A DNA stretch of 64,000 bases from a virus. The notes under the pieces were generated by a model. It was not told the origin of the DNA. It ran no database searches and saw nothing but the letters and a program-made list of their open reading frames with translations. The position numbers were made by a program, and so were the translations under genes. The stretch is from the IMG/VR virus record IMGVR_UViG_3300009678_001576, one strand, 5' to 3'. Of this stretch, positions 32,227 to 41,798 are shown piece after piece (within the stretch, counting starts at the first letter, position 1; every line of letters starts with the position of its first letter).

Positions 32227-33975
32227 TTAGCGTTCCCCATGAGAAATGTAATCCGCCACATTATCTTTATATTCGTCTATATTTCGTAATCCAACTAGAC
32301 CCACTTCTACATGGTCATCATTGGTCATATCGTTCTGGTATGCTTTTTTGCATTCTTCTATATAATTATATAAATCTTGGTTTGAGTATCTGATATCAGA
32401 ATCTCTCAATTTTTCACGAAGAAAGTTAATAATAGAATATGTATTTTTAGTACCATGAGAATGCCTACAGAAACTATCTATAGCATTCTTTAATTCGGGC
32501 TTTGATTCAATTAAGGCAACGATGTCTTGTTTGCTTGCGTGTCGCACAGATATACTAGCCTTGGAATACTTTACTTCTTTAGCAGGTTTGTCTGGACGAA
32601 AGCGAGACCAACCCGCGTGTCTAAACTTACCAGAAGGCATTCTCTCTTGAAAGGAAATTTCTACTACAACGCTCTTTCCGCTGTCGATAACTTTCTTGAT
32701 TTTAGCTTCGTCTTCTTTGGACATACCGCTCAATTTTCCAACCTCAAATAATTCGCTGTCTTTATATTGATACATTGGAAATACAAGTTTATCTTCAGCT
32801 TTATTATATTTGTTTAATACAACTTCGTCTGTTTTGGCTTTAGCTCCTGGCTTAAACTTGGCCCATTCCCCTACAGGTTCATTGCTGCCAACTTTGCCAT
32901 ATTCATAAGTCGAATTTTTTGGTTTTAATACTATGCCTTCAGCATTTACTTTTAGCGCAGTATTAATGGCTTCATCTTTTTGGGCATAAGTATAGTTCTT
33001 TACTAATCTTATATCGCCCTTTGCACCCTTTGTCAAACCTTTTAATATATCATAACGTTCTTCGTATGGTTTTTTTGTTATATCTTTGCCCTTGCTCCAT
33101 AATATATCATAGACATAAAAGACGGGTTTTCCCTTACCCTCTTTGATTTTTTCGTGAGCCTTTTCGGGAGAACTGCCTACAACAGTCTGAATATCAGAAA
33201 TAGATTGTTTGCCCTTTGAGTCCTCCCAAACCAATTCACCTAGAACAAAAGTCCCACTTGGTAAAGTTGAAGCCAAGCCTTTAATAAGGTCGGGAACGTT
33301 TTCAGTAAATTCTTCACCACGTCTTGTATATAATCTGGGTTTGTTATCTTCATTAATAGCCTGAGTTTTAAATCCATCTAACTTCATCTGTACTATGATA
33401 TCACTGTCATCATAGTTTTTGAGCATATCATCTGGACTCTTAAGCTTCTTTAGCTTCATAGGCGCTATAGGAGAAATGCCATTCACAATTCTTTTAGATA
33501 TCTTGCGAACAGATGCTGTTTTGTTTTCCCACTGACGCTCTACTTTAGCATTATCCCATAAAGCACAGCACATTCTTGCTGTTACTGGCAATTGAATATC
33601 TGGATGTTTACAAAAACCCAAACCCTTTTTTGTATTTAGTACTTCAACATACTTACAATTGGCGCAGTTAGTTCCTTCAACTTCGTCAGGTAATATAATT
33701 AAATCTGCTTTTTTGGCCCGATCGAGATCTTTTTCAAGATACTCATATCCGCCACTCTCATTTAACTTGGGCTGCTCTTCTTCTGAGGCCTGTGATATTA
33801 AATTTAAACCAGTTTGTTCTTTATAGTTCGCTATAACATCTGCAACTGTTTCCTTGGCCCTCACTATCTCTGTAGCAGTAGATGGCTGTCCAGCAAGAAT
33901 ACGGAGATATTCCTGAAACCAATCGCCACCCTTTTCTTCTCTAACAAATTCATTACTACGAGATACTTTGGTCAT
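32227..33975 (-). CDS. ATP-dependent DNA ligase domain embedded in a head-module protein, with an upstream Cys-cluster domain
   Basis: KLDG (I), VLGEL (III), FYVYDIL (IIIa), EGIVLK (IV), WAKFK (V), RFRPDK (VI); flanked by ISKRI and ISVRHA; CANC..C..CC.W segment. Confidence 0.9.
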   Translation of the reverse strand: MTKVSRSNEFVREEKGGDWFQEYLRILAGQPSTATEIVRAKETVADVIANYKEQTGLNLISQASEEEQPKLNESGGYEYLEKDLDRAKKADLIILPDEVEGTNCANCKYVEVLNTKKGLGFCKHPDIQLPVTARMCCALWDNAKVERQWENKTASVRKISKRIVNGISPIAPMKLKKLKSPDDMLKNYDDSDIIVQMKLDGFKTQAINEDNKPRLYTRRGEEFTENVPDLIKGLASTLPSGTFVLGELVWEDSKGKQSISDIQTVVGSSPEKAHEKIKEGKGKPVFYVYDILWSKGKDITKKPYEERYDILKGLTKGAKGDIRLVKNYTYAQKDEAINTALKVNAEGIVLKPKNSTYEYGKVGSNEPVGEWAKFKPGAKAKTDEVVLNKYNKAEDKLVFPMYQYKDSELFEVGKLSGMSKEDEAKIKKVIDSGKSVVVEISFQERMPSGKFRHAGWSRFRPDKPAKEVKYSKASISVRHASKQDIVALIESKPELKNAIDSFCRHSHGTKNTYSIINFLREKLRDSDIRYSNQDLYNYIEECKKAYQNDMTNDDHVEVGLVGLRNIDEYKDNVADYISHGER

Positions 33976-33999
33976 TTCACACCCATGAATACAGATTAA

Positions 34000-34317
34000 T
34001 TACATTATTCCAAGAGAAACTTGTATTGCATCCCACTCATCCCCAGTAATAGTAACATCTGGGCCACCATCTGTAAATTTAAGAACAACCTTTTCATCTG
34101 GAGGATTGCCTGATATTTGAACCTCTGCATCATCAGTATATCTTTTCATAATATCATTAAACTGCTGAAATGTTAATGTGGTGCCTTCAACTCGCTCATC
34201 ATCTGGAGAAGTTGCGAGTTTAATTGCAAAATCAATCCTACTTGCGTCGGCATATAAACCACGTTTGTCTAATGAATTGGCAATAATAATTAGATGTTTT
34301 AATATTGATTTATTCAC
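34000..34317 (-). CDS. Small protein with N-terminal helical tag plus K-x-A site
   Basis: GTG start with GGAGA; HLIIIANSLDKRGLYADASRIDFAIKLA. Confidence 0.8.
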   Translation of the reverse strand: MNKSILKHLIIIANSLDKRGLYADASRIDFAIKLATSPDDERVEGTTLTFQQFNDIMKRYTDDAEVQISGNPPDEKVVLKFTDGGPDVTITGDEWDAIQVSLGIM

Positions 34318-34332
34318 AATGGTCTCCTAGTA

Positions 34333-34530
34333 CTAGATAAAAGAGAAATCTATCTTGGCCTCTTTTTCCTCATCTGGTTTTGGATAGTCTATTTCTAACT
34401 CGGCATAAGCCCTTTCCAACTCTTCTTCTATTTCCTCAAGGTCTTTTTGTTTCTCTTCTTCATAAACAATCAGATCACTTATCACATCAATCAGATCTTC
34501 TGGCACTTCTAAAGGTAGAAATGTTGTCAT
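34333..34530 (-). CDS. Small acidic hypothetical protein
   Basis: 65 aa, GAGG SD. Confidence 0.7.
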   Translation of the reverse strand: MTTFLPLEVPEDLIDVISDLIVYEEEKQKDLEEIEEELERAYAELEIDYPKPDEEKEAKIDFSFI

Positions 34531-34540
34531 AGAACCCTCA

Positions 34541-35470
34541 TTATGCGTGATAGTTAGTCATGAAATCAACGCCATTTCCTGCTGCTGGGTCTGCGGATTC
34601 GTTTAAGCGACCGCGATCCTTAAAGACAGGATAACCATAATCGGCAACTAATTGCTGAATGGCCAATTCTTCCCTCGGTGTAAAATTATATTTATTCTTT
34701 AATAGCTCATAGGTCTCTTCAATATTCTTACCTGCCGAAACAGATGAATTAATAATAGTGGCCACGATAGCCCTTTCAAACGGATTCATAAATACGTTTA
34801 ATACTGGAGTCCCTGCTGTCTTGGAGAGAGTGCTGTCATTGGTCAAGTCAGCATTACATTGTAAGCATACCAGCTTATCACCATCAGTATCATGCCACAT
34901 AGGAGCAACGGTGCTGCATTTTGGGCAACTGCCTTCAGCTACTATACGAGTTTCTGTAGATGCTAATTTATTGCTTAAAGCCTCAATTTGTTGATCAAGT
35001 CTCATTATCATTTCATCCACTTCTTGTCGTTTCTTGTCTGCCCAAACCTCGTCTATTTTGCCACCGAAGTCATCTCGTACTGCCTGACTAATTTCGCGCT
35101 GGCAATCTTTCAAATAATGTTTGGCTCTTTCGCAGCCCGGAACAGTCATTCCATTGTGCTTTGGAATGCTCTTTATTCTTTCATCCAAGTATTGCGGAAA
35201 CTTTGAATGGTCGCGATCATTTGCCCAATCAGTTACTTTTGGTGCATCTGCCTTTTGCTCTTCTTTAACTGGCAAAGCCATTAGCTTGGCATCAGAACCA
35301 GGAACCAAATCATCTGGTTCCTCAACAACTATGATTGCGGTCTCTGGCGAATGAGCAACGGGTGCTTCATCTTCAGATACCTCTACTTCATCGCCTGGTA
35401 TATCAAGGACAAAATCATCTGCTTCCTGCACCTCAAAAATATCGGCTTCTTTAACATTTAATGCTGGCAT
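34541..35470 (-). CDS. Hypothetical head protein with acidic N-terminus and zinc ribbon
   Basis: 309 aa; CPKC..CLQC; LSKTA before the C-terminal domain. Confidence 0.85.
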   Translation of the reverse strand: MPALNVKEADIFEVQEADDFVLDIPGDEVEVSEDEAPVAHSPETAIIVVEEPDDLVPGSDAKLMALPVKEEQKADAPKVTDWANDRDHSKFPQYLDERIKSIPKHNGMTVPGCERAKHYLKDCQREISQAVRDDFGGKIDEVWADKKRQEVDEMIMRLDQQIEALSNKLASTETRIVAEGSCPKCSTVAPMWHDTDGDKLVCLQCNADLTNDSTLSKTAGTPVLNVFMNPFERAIVATIINSSVSAGKNIEETYELLKNKYNFTPREELAIQQLVADYGYPVFKDRGRLNESADPAAGNGVDFMTNYHA

Positions 35471-35511
35471 TTTACTCCTCCGTTAGGACTCTCTCTGTCC
35501 AAGGGTCGTGG

Positions 35512-36135
35512 TTATTTCTTCTTTTTTCTTTTACGCTTACTTATCGGTCTATCGGTTATAGTCTTAATTTTATCCATATGCATATAGGGACTTTCGCCGT
35601 AATCAAAATTTCTACGCCAAAAGTCTGGTAATTCTGGATTTTGTGTCTTTCCTCGCGGCCCCAAATGTCTATCGCGTGCATCCTGATGAACTTTTTTGAG
35701 ATTAGTATAATATTTAGGATCTTCGGAAAGATGGTCTAGGGCTATTTCTTGTGCCATATCTTTATTTCCAGTGTGCTCTAATTCAACTTTAATTCCCATT
35801 TCTAATTGTTTTTGATTAACATCATCTGGCTTTAAATCAGCGCCCAGTCCACCCGGAATTATTTGATCGTCGGCAGCTGCAGGCGGTGCTGGAGTTGTAG
35901 TGGTGACTGGCGGTGGAGCAATAATCATACTTTTCATTTCTCTGGTTTTATCGACTATTACTTTATTCATTGCTACAACGTTTGCATTTAACTCTGATAA
36001 TATTGCTTGTATATTTGGTTGTGGTTGTTTTAACAAATTATTCATTTTAGAAATGTGATTACCAACAGCATCTTGTATGGCTTTTAACTTCAAATCCACC
36101 ATTGTCATTTGTGCTTGGTCTGCTGTTTTTTTCAT
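35512..36135 (-). CDS. Hypothetical protein with a DUF5661-like segment
   Basis: MGIKVELEHT..AQEIALDHLSEDPKYY recalled as the DUF5661 pattern (not searched); MKKTA start, ISKRK end. Confidence 0.6.
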   Translation of the reverse strand: MKKTADQAQMTMVDLKLKAIQDAVGNHISKMNNLLKQPQPNIQAILSELNANVVAMNKVIVDKTREMKSMIIAPPPVTTTTPAPPAAADDQIIPGGLGADLKPDDVNQKQLEMGIKVELEHTGNKDMAQEIALDHLSEDPKYYTNLKKVHQDARDRHLGPRGKTQNPELPDFWRRNFDYGESPYMHMDKIKTITDRPISKRKRKKKK

Positions 36136-36902
36136 TACAACGCCCTCACCAATTGTCGTTTTTGTATCAAAATATCTGAAAGGGTTTTAGTTAAAGGGAT
36201 ATGCGGCAGTAATTTAAACTCTATAAGCATATCAATGCCCTTATCAGCGTCTAGCATAACTATTTCATTTGCTTTGTCTTGAACAAACTTTGTTGGCAAT
36301 TTTTTGATATTCTTTCTGTATTCTAGCATTGCTTGTTTAAGACTTTCTTCAATCTTAAAATCGTATTTAATGGCAAATTTAATAGCTCTCAAAATTCTTC
36401 GCGGATCTACGCCGATAGTTATTCTGGGATCTATTGGGCACTTGATGAGCCCTGCCTGAATATCGCCAATGCCTTCGCCGGTCAAGTCATATATAGTAGT
36501 GAAATCTAAACTCTCTAATAGAGTATTAATTGTAAAATCTCTACTATATATTTCCTTTTTCATAGGCGTAATATCTTTAATGCCCAATCTTTTTAATTCT
36601 TTATCGATTCCTGGTGCTAGAAAGTTGCTGGAAAAATCAATGTGAAGGCTCATAATATCCAATGAAGTATGTCCATCATCGTAAGTTCTTAAGTTGCTAT
36701 CTGGATATTTTCGATTAATAGCAAATGCTAACTCAATAGCATCTTTGTCTCCAGTAGTTATATCAACATCCGCAATTTCTGATATCTTGCCTTTTCGACC
36801 AAGCATACGATCTCTTGGAACACCGCCAACTATGAAAGGGGTATTTATATTATTGGCCTTTGCAATTTCTCCAATATCCAGTAAGAGTTCGTTGATATTC
36901 AT
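36135..36902 (-). CDS. Stand-alone CCA/poly(A) polymerase-family nucleotidyltransferase
   Basis: IVGGVPRD, DVDI, SRDFTIN, DPRRILRAIKF. Confidence 0.88.
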   Translation of the reverse strand: MNINELLLDIGEIAKANNINTPFIVGGVPRDRMLGRKGKISEIADVDITTGDKDAIELAFAINRKYPDSNLRTYDDGHTSLDIMSLHIDFSSNFLAPGIDKELKRLGIKDITPMKKEIYSRDFTINTLLESLDFTTIYDLTGEGIGDIQAGLIKCPIDPRITIGVDPRRILRAIKFAIKYDFKIEESLKQAMLEYRKNIKKLPTKFVQDKANEIVMLDADKGIDMLIEFKLLPHIPLTKTLSDILIQKRQLVRAL

Positions 36903-36910
36903 ATTACTCC

Positions 36911-38020
36911 TTACTTAACTGGAGGTAATTTGGTTTGTATCTGGCCGGCGGGCGCTTGCATTAGTTCGTCCTTATTAACTTTCTCTTTTTTGGGCGCCGC
37001 TGTAGGTTCTGGGAAAGGAGCAGTAACCGGAATTGGCTCTGGTTTTGCTGAGCCGCTCCCTCGCAGTTTCGCTATAACGCCCTCGATTCTATTACTTGAG
37101 TAGCCATAAGCCTCAATTAGCTTGGCTTGAGCATCTGTTACTTCGGTGAAATAACTGGCAAGACCCATCTCATTTAAAAGAATATCTACGCTAGCTAATT
37201 CGCGAACAGTGGTTCTAGACTTAAGACGCTTGCTAATTCCTTCAAGTCGAGTAATTACTGTCTGAAGATTTACATTCATGCCACCTGCTGCCTCGGGCGC
37301 ATTTGTGGTTCCGGCCGGCAAAGCCTGAATTACTTCAGTTGCTGATGGAGGAGCCATAGGTGCGGTAGCCGCTGGAGGAGCGGCTGGTGGATCTTGAGCG
37401 ATTTTATTTAGAAAGTCGGCGCCTTCGACAAAGCCAAGTTTCTGTAACTTATTAGCACTACGAACAGTGCAATCAACCATAGAAGCATATACTTCTAAAC
37501 GAGTTATGTTACGGTCTAAGTTAAATAATTCTTGATAGATTGCATCTAAACTGGACTTAGGCATAACTTCATTAAACCTATCAACGAGTCTCTTTAGTGA
37601 CTGCAAACGTGATTTCATCTGGCCCTTAAACTTTTTGGCTTTATCCATCTCTAATTCACGTTGTGTTTTTTGTGGTGTTCTTACTGCGCTTGGTGGGGCA
37701 AACTGGGTGCGATTTGCTGGATTAATCCATTGCTCCAATAGAGGAGATGCTTCTGCCGAAAGTGCTGTTTTAAGTAAGTTGGCGTTTTTCACGTTGTATT
37801 TCTCCGGAGTTCCTGATTCGTAATATCTCATCCAATTTAAAAAGCTTACCTTTTCATTAGGTTCCCAATTAGCCGTGCAATTCTTAATGGCATCTTCTTG
37901 CCCAATACCATCGCGCATAGAAGAATATATTTCTTTTAAGACAGCTACCCACTTGGCAGTATCGTACTTGGGGCCAGTCGAACTAATACCAGATATATTT
38001 GGGTGGGCTTTTTTGTTCAT
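36911..38020 (-). CDS. Hypothetical head protein with internal helical tag
   Basis: 369 aa; RSANKLQKLGFVEGADFLNKIA; ISKRL; Pro/Ala linkers. Confidence 0.85.
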   Translation of the reverse strand: MNKKAHPNISGISSTGPKYDTAKWVAVLKEIYSSMRDGIGQEDAIKNCTANWEPNEKVSFLNWMRYYESGTPEKYNVKNANLLKTALSAEASPLLEQWINPANRTQFAPPSAVRTPQKTQRELEMDKAKKFKGQMKSRLQSLKRLVDRFNEVMPKSSLDAIYQELFNLDRNITRLEVYASMVDCTVRSANKLQKLGFVEGADFLNKIAQDPPAAPPAATAPMAPPSATEVIQALPAGTTNAPEAAGGMNVNLQTVITRLEGISKRLKSRTTVRELASVDILLNEMGLASYFTEVTDAQAKLIEAYGYSSNRIEGVIAKLRGSGSAKPEPIPVTAPFPEPTAAPKKEKVNKDELMQAPAGQIQTKLPPVK

Positions 38021-38754
38021 TAATCAACCTTCTCTTCCAATAATTCAAATTCCACATCTTGTAATTTGGTAATATCAACAGGCGCAGCATTTAATTCTCT
38101 GGGTCTGTAGGAGGTCTGTCCCAATTTTTTATTTAGTTTGTCCATGAACATCATGGCCTTCTCGGTTCCAAGTTCGGCTATGATTTCGCGAATTACATCA
38201 CGTATGGCTGTTATTTGGTCATTAACTACCGTGACATTTACATTATAATCGACGGTCTTATCAGCCATACCTTCTACTAGCTTCTTATATTGCTGAAGTA
38301 TGACAACTTGCTGATCGATGAACTTGCGTAATTCTTTGTCGGCTCTGGCGGGAACTTCCTCCCCGCTTTTTGCTACGTTATACCAATATTCAATTTTGTC
38401 GCCAATTATAGCATCTAATTGAATTATCTTTGTAGCAACATCTAAATGTTGGTCGGCGATTTGACCTATCTTTTCTTTATAAGCGTTAGTGGCCTCTAAT
38501 GATTGTTGGAGCATCTTTTCTTCAATCATTCTATTTTGAGTATCCCGAGCTTCTTGAATATCCTTCAAGACTTTGCCTTCTAAGTTTAAATTATCCTTTC
38601 TAAACTTTTGAAGCGTAACAGTAGAAAGCCAAAGAGACTTGTTGCTAGGATATTTCTTTTTAAAGTGAGCCTCTATATTTCTTACGGACTCACCTTCGTT
38701 AAGCATTCTTATAACTTCTTCTTTATCAGGATGTTTTAAAATTTTCTTGCTCAT
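38020..38754 (-). CDS. Possible terminase small subunit
   Basis: N-terminal HTH-like segment, coiled coil and a VNVTVVN beta motif; upstream in the packaging operon. Inference only. Confidence 0.4.
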   Translation of the reverse strand: MSKKILKHPDKEEVIRMLNEGESVRNIEAHFKKKYPSNKSLWLSTVTLQKFRKDNLNLEGKVLKDIQEARDTQNRMIEEKMLQQSLEATNAYKEKIGQIADQHLDVATKIIQLDAIIGDKIEYWYNVAKSGEEVPARADKELRKFIDQQVVILQQYKKLVEGMADKTVDYNVNVTVVNDQITAIRDVIREIIAELGTEKAMMFMDKLNKKLGQTSYRPRELNAAPVDITKLQDVEFELLEEKVD

Positions 38755-38760
38755 ATTTAT

Positions 38761-39381
38761 TTACCTTATGGTGACACTCTTGCCAGGCAATTCATGTATT
38801 CTTCCGCCAGAATAATACTCTTCTTGTATTTGATCTGGGGTCTTCTTTTTAATAGCAAGATATTCATTATATCGTTCTGGGTAATCCTTTCTCAATACAC
38901 TTAAATGAAAGTTATTTCGTTCAAGGTCTTTCTTATAAGCCATAAGTTCAATTTCCAATCTTCTTAATTGATCGTGTAATTGTGTAATTTCGGCTGGATT
39001 TTGCGCACGCTGTAATTTTTGGTCAGTAACTTTAATATCTTGTTGAATATTTTTAATATCATCTTGTAAAGTTCTAATATTTTCAACCAATACAGCTGGG
39101 TGAACTTTATATTCCGGTGGCTCAAATACGGGCGGCTGATGCGGCTTCTTAGGCTCAGTTTGTAATTTATCTATAGTTCTCTTAACCATATGCATAACTA
39201 GATTTTTAGTATCTAAAGAAACAGATTGTGCCAAGTCAGCACTCAACATATTCATAAGTGCTGCTGGATCAACCCCTTCACCTGCTTGCTTAATGAGACA
39301 GTCTAATTCATTTGCCTCTTTATGAAGTCCGGCATGGTCAAGCATATCAGCTATGTCTATGAGTTCCGAAATATAATTCAT
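38761..39381 (-). CDS. Coiled-coil protein with N-terminal helical tag plus K-x-A site
   Basis: ELIDIADMLDHAGLHKEANELDCLIKQA. Confidence 0.85.
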   Translation of the reverse strand: MNYISELIDIADMLDHAGLHKEANELDCLIKQAGEGVDPAALMNMLSADLAQSVSLDTKNLVMHMVKRTIDKLQTEPKKPHQPPVFEPPEYKVHPAVLVENIRTLQDDIKNIQQDIKVTDQKLQRAQNPAEITQLHDQLRRLEIELMAYKKDLERNNFHLSVLRKDYPERYNEYLAIKKKTPDQIQEEYYSGGRIHELPGKSVTIR

Positions 39382-39382
39382 A

Positions 39383-40048
39383 TTAACCCTTCAGATTCAT
39401 TATATTTTCTCTAGTATCAAAGAGCCTATGTGGTATGGCATAGTCGGTAGAGCCTGGTGTTTGACCGGCTACTGAACCGCCTGGGTGCTTATTACCGTCA
39501 TAATCTTCCCATCCTGCCTCCCAATTATATATCTTGCCATCTAGGGCGCATTGATAGGTTAATTCCCCAACACGTCCTAAGGAAACACCAATGTGCTCTG
39601 GGCAGTGTCGAGTATTAAGCGCAGTTACATTAGTTTGTTGATAGGTATGGACGTGATGATTTTTAACACCCTCACGATCAACCCTTTCTTGTTCGCGCTT
39701 TGGCTCTCTTATCTGTTGTGAATGATGGAAGTCACTGTCATAACGTTTAGATTGCTCGGTGCTTTTATCTTCTTCCTTCCACTTCATAACATCTTCAGCT
39801 GTCTTCTTGATAAAATTATCTACCAAGTCAGCCTCTTTATTAAGACCAATGCCATCTAGCTTGTCAGCAACACCAGATAGCTTATCCAATACCGCCTCTA
39901 ATGTTACGGCAGTATTGGCTATTTCAGCTACAACAGGTTCTTCTGCTGGAACATCAGTCTCTGTAAGCATATTCATCAATGCTTTAGCATCTTCCTCGGC
40001 GCCGTTTTCTTTTAGAAAATTGGCCAGTTTGACTAATTCGTCATTCAT
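39383..40048 (-). CDS. Protein with two helical tags and a C-terminal Cys/His domain
   Basis: ELVKLANFLKENGAEEDAKAL; GVADKLDGIGLNKEADLVDNFIKKTA; RHCPEH..YQC. Confidence 0.85.
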   Translation of the reverse strand: MNDELVKLANFLKENGAEEDAKALMNMLTETDVPAEEPVVAEIANTAVTLEAVLDKLSGVADKLDGIGLNKEADLVDNFIKKTAEDVMKWKEEDKSTEQSKRYDSDFHHSQQIREPKREQERVDREGVKNHHVHTYQQTNVTALNTRHCPEHIGVSLGRVGELTYQCALDGKIYNWEAGWEDYDGNKHPGGSVAGQTPGSTDYAIPHRLFDTRENIMNLKG

Positions 40049-40061
40049 AGCAGGTCTCCTA

Positions 40062-41783
40062 TTAGGTTAGATTAATTTTTGAAGTAGATATAACCGCAGA
40101 AGACTCTTCTACTGGGTTTAGTCTTTGGCGCTCGACACTTGACTTCAACATGCATTCGCCGTTAGCACCAGTCACTACCATGTGCATTGGGATACCGAAG
40201 TGTCCGCAACGAGCATAGATAGAACCTTTACCAGCATGAATCATCTTAGAGCATTGGTGCTGTTCTTGATTTGCTACGCGAGTCTTGCCCATTAGAATAA
40301 ATTGGTAGTCAGCAACCGAGTTCTTGTAGTCCTCTTCATTGAAGCGCTCACCTATGTGATCCAGAATGGTCTCACAGGTTACATAATCATTCTCGCTGGC
40401 CGACTTAAGAATCTCGTCGCGCAATTCAGGCAACAACATATAAGAATAGCCAGTGCTATAGCTTACAGTTCCACTTGAGGGGGTGCGAACGCTAATAGCA
40501 AAGCGCTGTAGCTTTGGAGCGCTAAAGTCTTCAATGAGGCCATCGTGAGCAAAGTAAGATGGCACTAGTGGCACATACTTACCAGCTGCGACTGCCTTCA
40601 TCTCAACCGGCACTTCAATTTCAACTGGACCTTTTGGAGTATTGATTTGAGCAAGATATATAATTGAATCACTGCTCTCTGAACCAAATCTTACTTGAGC
40701 GTTCTTAAAACCAGCTGAAACTAATTCAGAAGTTACAAGTCTCTTACCGGCCGAAATAGCAGCAGTACCAAAAGCACTTGCCGCCTCAAGCACACTATTC
40801 TCAAAATCATGTGCGAGGTGCGCTAATTCTTTTGGCATCTCAACTGTTTCAGTTGTATCAATATCAGCTCGTGGCTCTTCATACTTGCGGTCTAAATACA
40901 AGTTAGGAGTATTTAACGCCATTGCGCCGCTGTCTTGGAATAAGTCAGTCATTCCACTGAATTCTTCCTGGGTGGCTTTCTTTGCCTGACCGGTTAATAT
41001 GCCAATCGCCGTTAAAACATCGGTTGCTTTTGGAGTGGTAAAGTCTCCGGTGTTTGCCTTTCGTGTTACGAAGGCCTGAAGATTGTCAGAATTTAACTCT
41101 TCTAAGTGGTCATCAGCAACGAAGGTGCTGGGCATTAGAAGTTTACCTGAACTTAATTCAATTGGAATAGCTACAGTCACAAGTCCCTTATCTGAATCAA
41201 GGCTTGCGGCATATACTAACGCGCCCAAATTGCCGCCCATGATTTCTACACGAGACTTATTAAAACCAAGCGCCCTAAGCTCGGCTTCAACATAAGTTTG
41301 CCCTTTGTTTGCTAAATTAACATCGTATTCTTTTACTTCATTTAGACTATTGCCAAATGCTGAGTTAAGAGCATTAACTAGGTTTTGATCAACGTAGTCG
41401 CTGGTGTCGAGGTTTGAGACATCGGCATCAACTCTATTCATCCTGGCATAATCAGGGTTTTGAGAACTAAAGGTCATCTTAGATTCTAACAGAAGGTGAC
41501 CTAAAACATTCCTAAACTTTGAATTGCCGGATAGGCGAACGAACTCATTATATATGCGTGAGACGTCTGCTTGTGAAATTAAGGTTCCCTTTGGAGAACG
41601 ATCAAGCATACGCTCGATGGTCACTGCCACCTGACGTATAACTGGATCTTCTGGAAATTTCTCATATGCTTCGCGAGTCTGGTTATAGACGTCTTCTAGC
41701 ATAAACTCCTTGCCATATGACTGCTCATCAAGGGCTTTTTGAGCAAGTCTAGCAAGGTCTTGTACATTTAAATGGTTGGACAT
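40062..41783 (-). CDS. Hypothetical head-module protein with an internal domain duplication
   Basis: 573 aa; ELRALGF..VYAASLDSDKGLVTVAIPIE versus ELVSAGF..IYLAQINTPKGPVEIEVPVE. Confidence 0.85.
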   Translation of the reverse strand: MSNHLNVQDLARLAQKALDEQSYGKEFMLEDVYNQTREAYEKFPEDPVIRQVAVTIERMLDRSPKGTLISQADVSRIYNEFVRLSGNSKFRNVLGHLLLESKMTFSSQNPDYARMNRVDADVSNLDTSDYVDQNLVNALNSAFGNSLNEVKEYDVNLANKGQTYVEAELRALGFNKSRVEIMGGNLGALVYAASLDSDKGLVTVAIPIELSSGKLLMPSTFVADDHLEELNSDNLQAFVTRKANTGDFTTPKATDVLTAIGILTGQAKKATQEEFSGMTDLFQDSGAMALNTPNLYLDRKYEEPRADIDTTETVEMPKELAHLAHDFENSVLEAASAFGTAAISAGKRLVTSELVSAGFKNAQVRFGSESSDSIIYLAQINTPKGPVEIEVPVEMKAVAAGKYVPLVPSYFAHDGLIEDFSAPKLQRFAISVRTPSSGTVSYSTGYSYMLLPELRDEILKSASENDYVTCETILDHIGERFNEEDYKNSVADYQFILMGKTRVANQEQHQCSKMIHAGKGSIYARCGHFGIPMHMVVTGANGECMLKSSVERQRLNPVEESSAVISTSKINLT

Positions 41784-41798
41784 AATAGTCGCCTCCGT

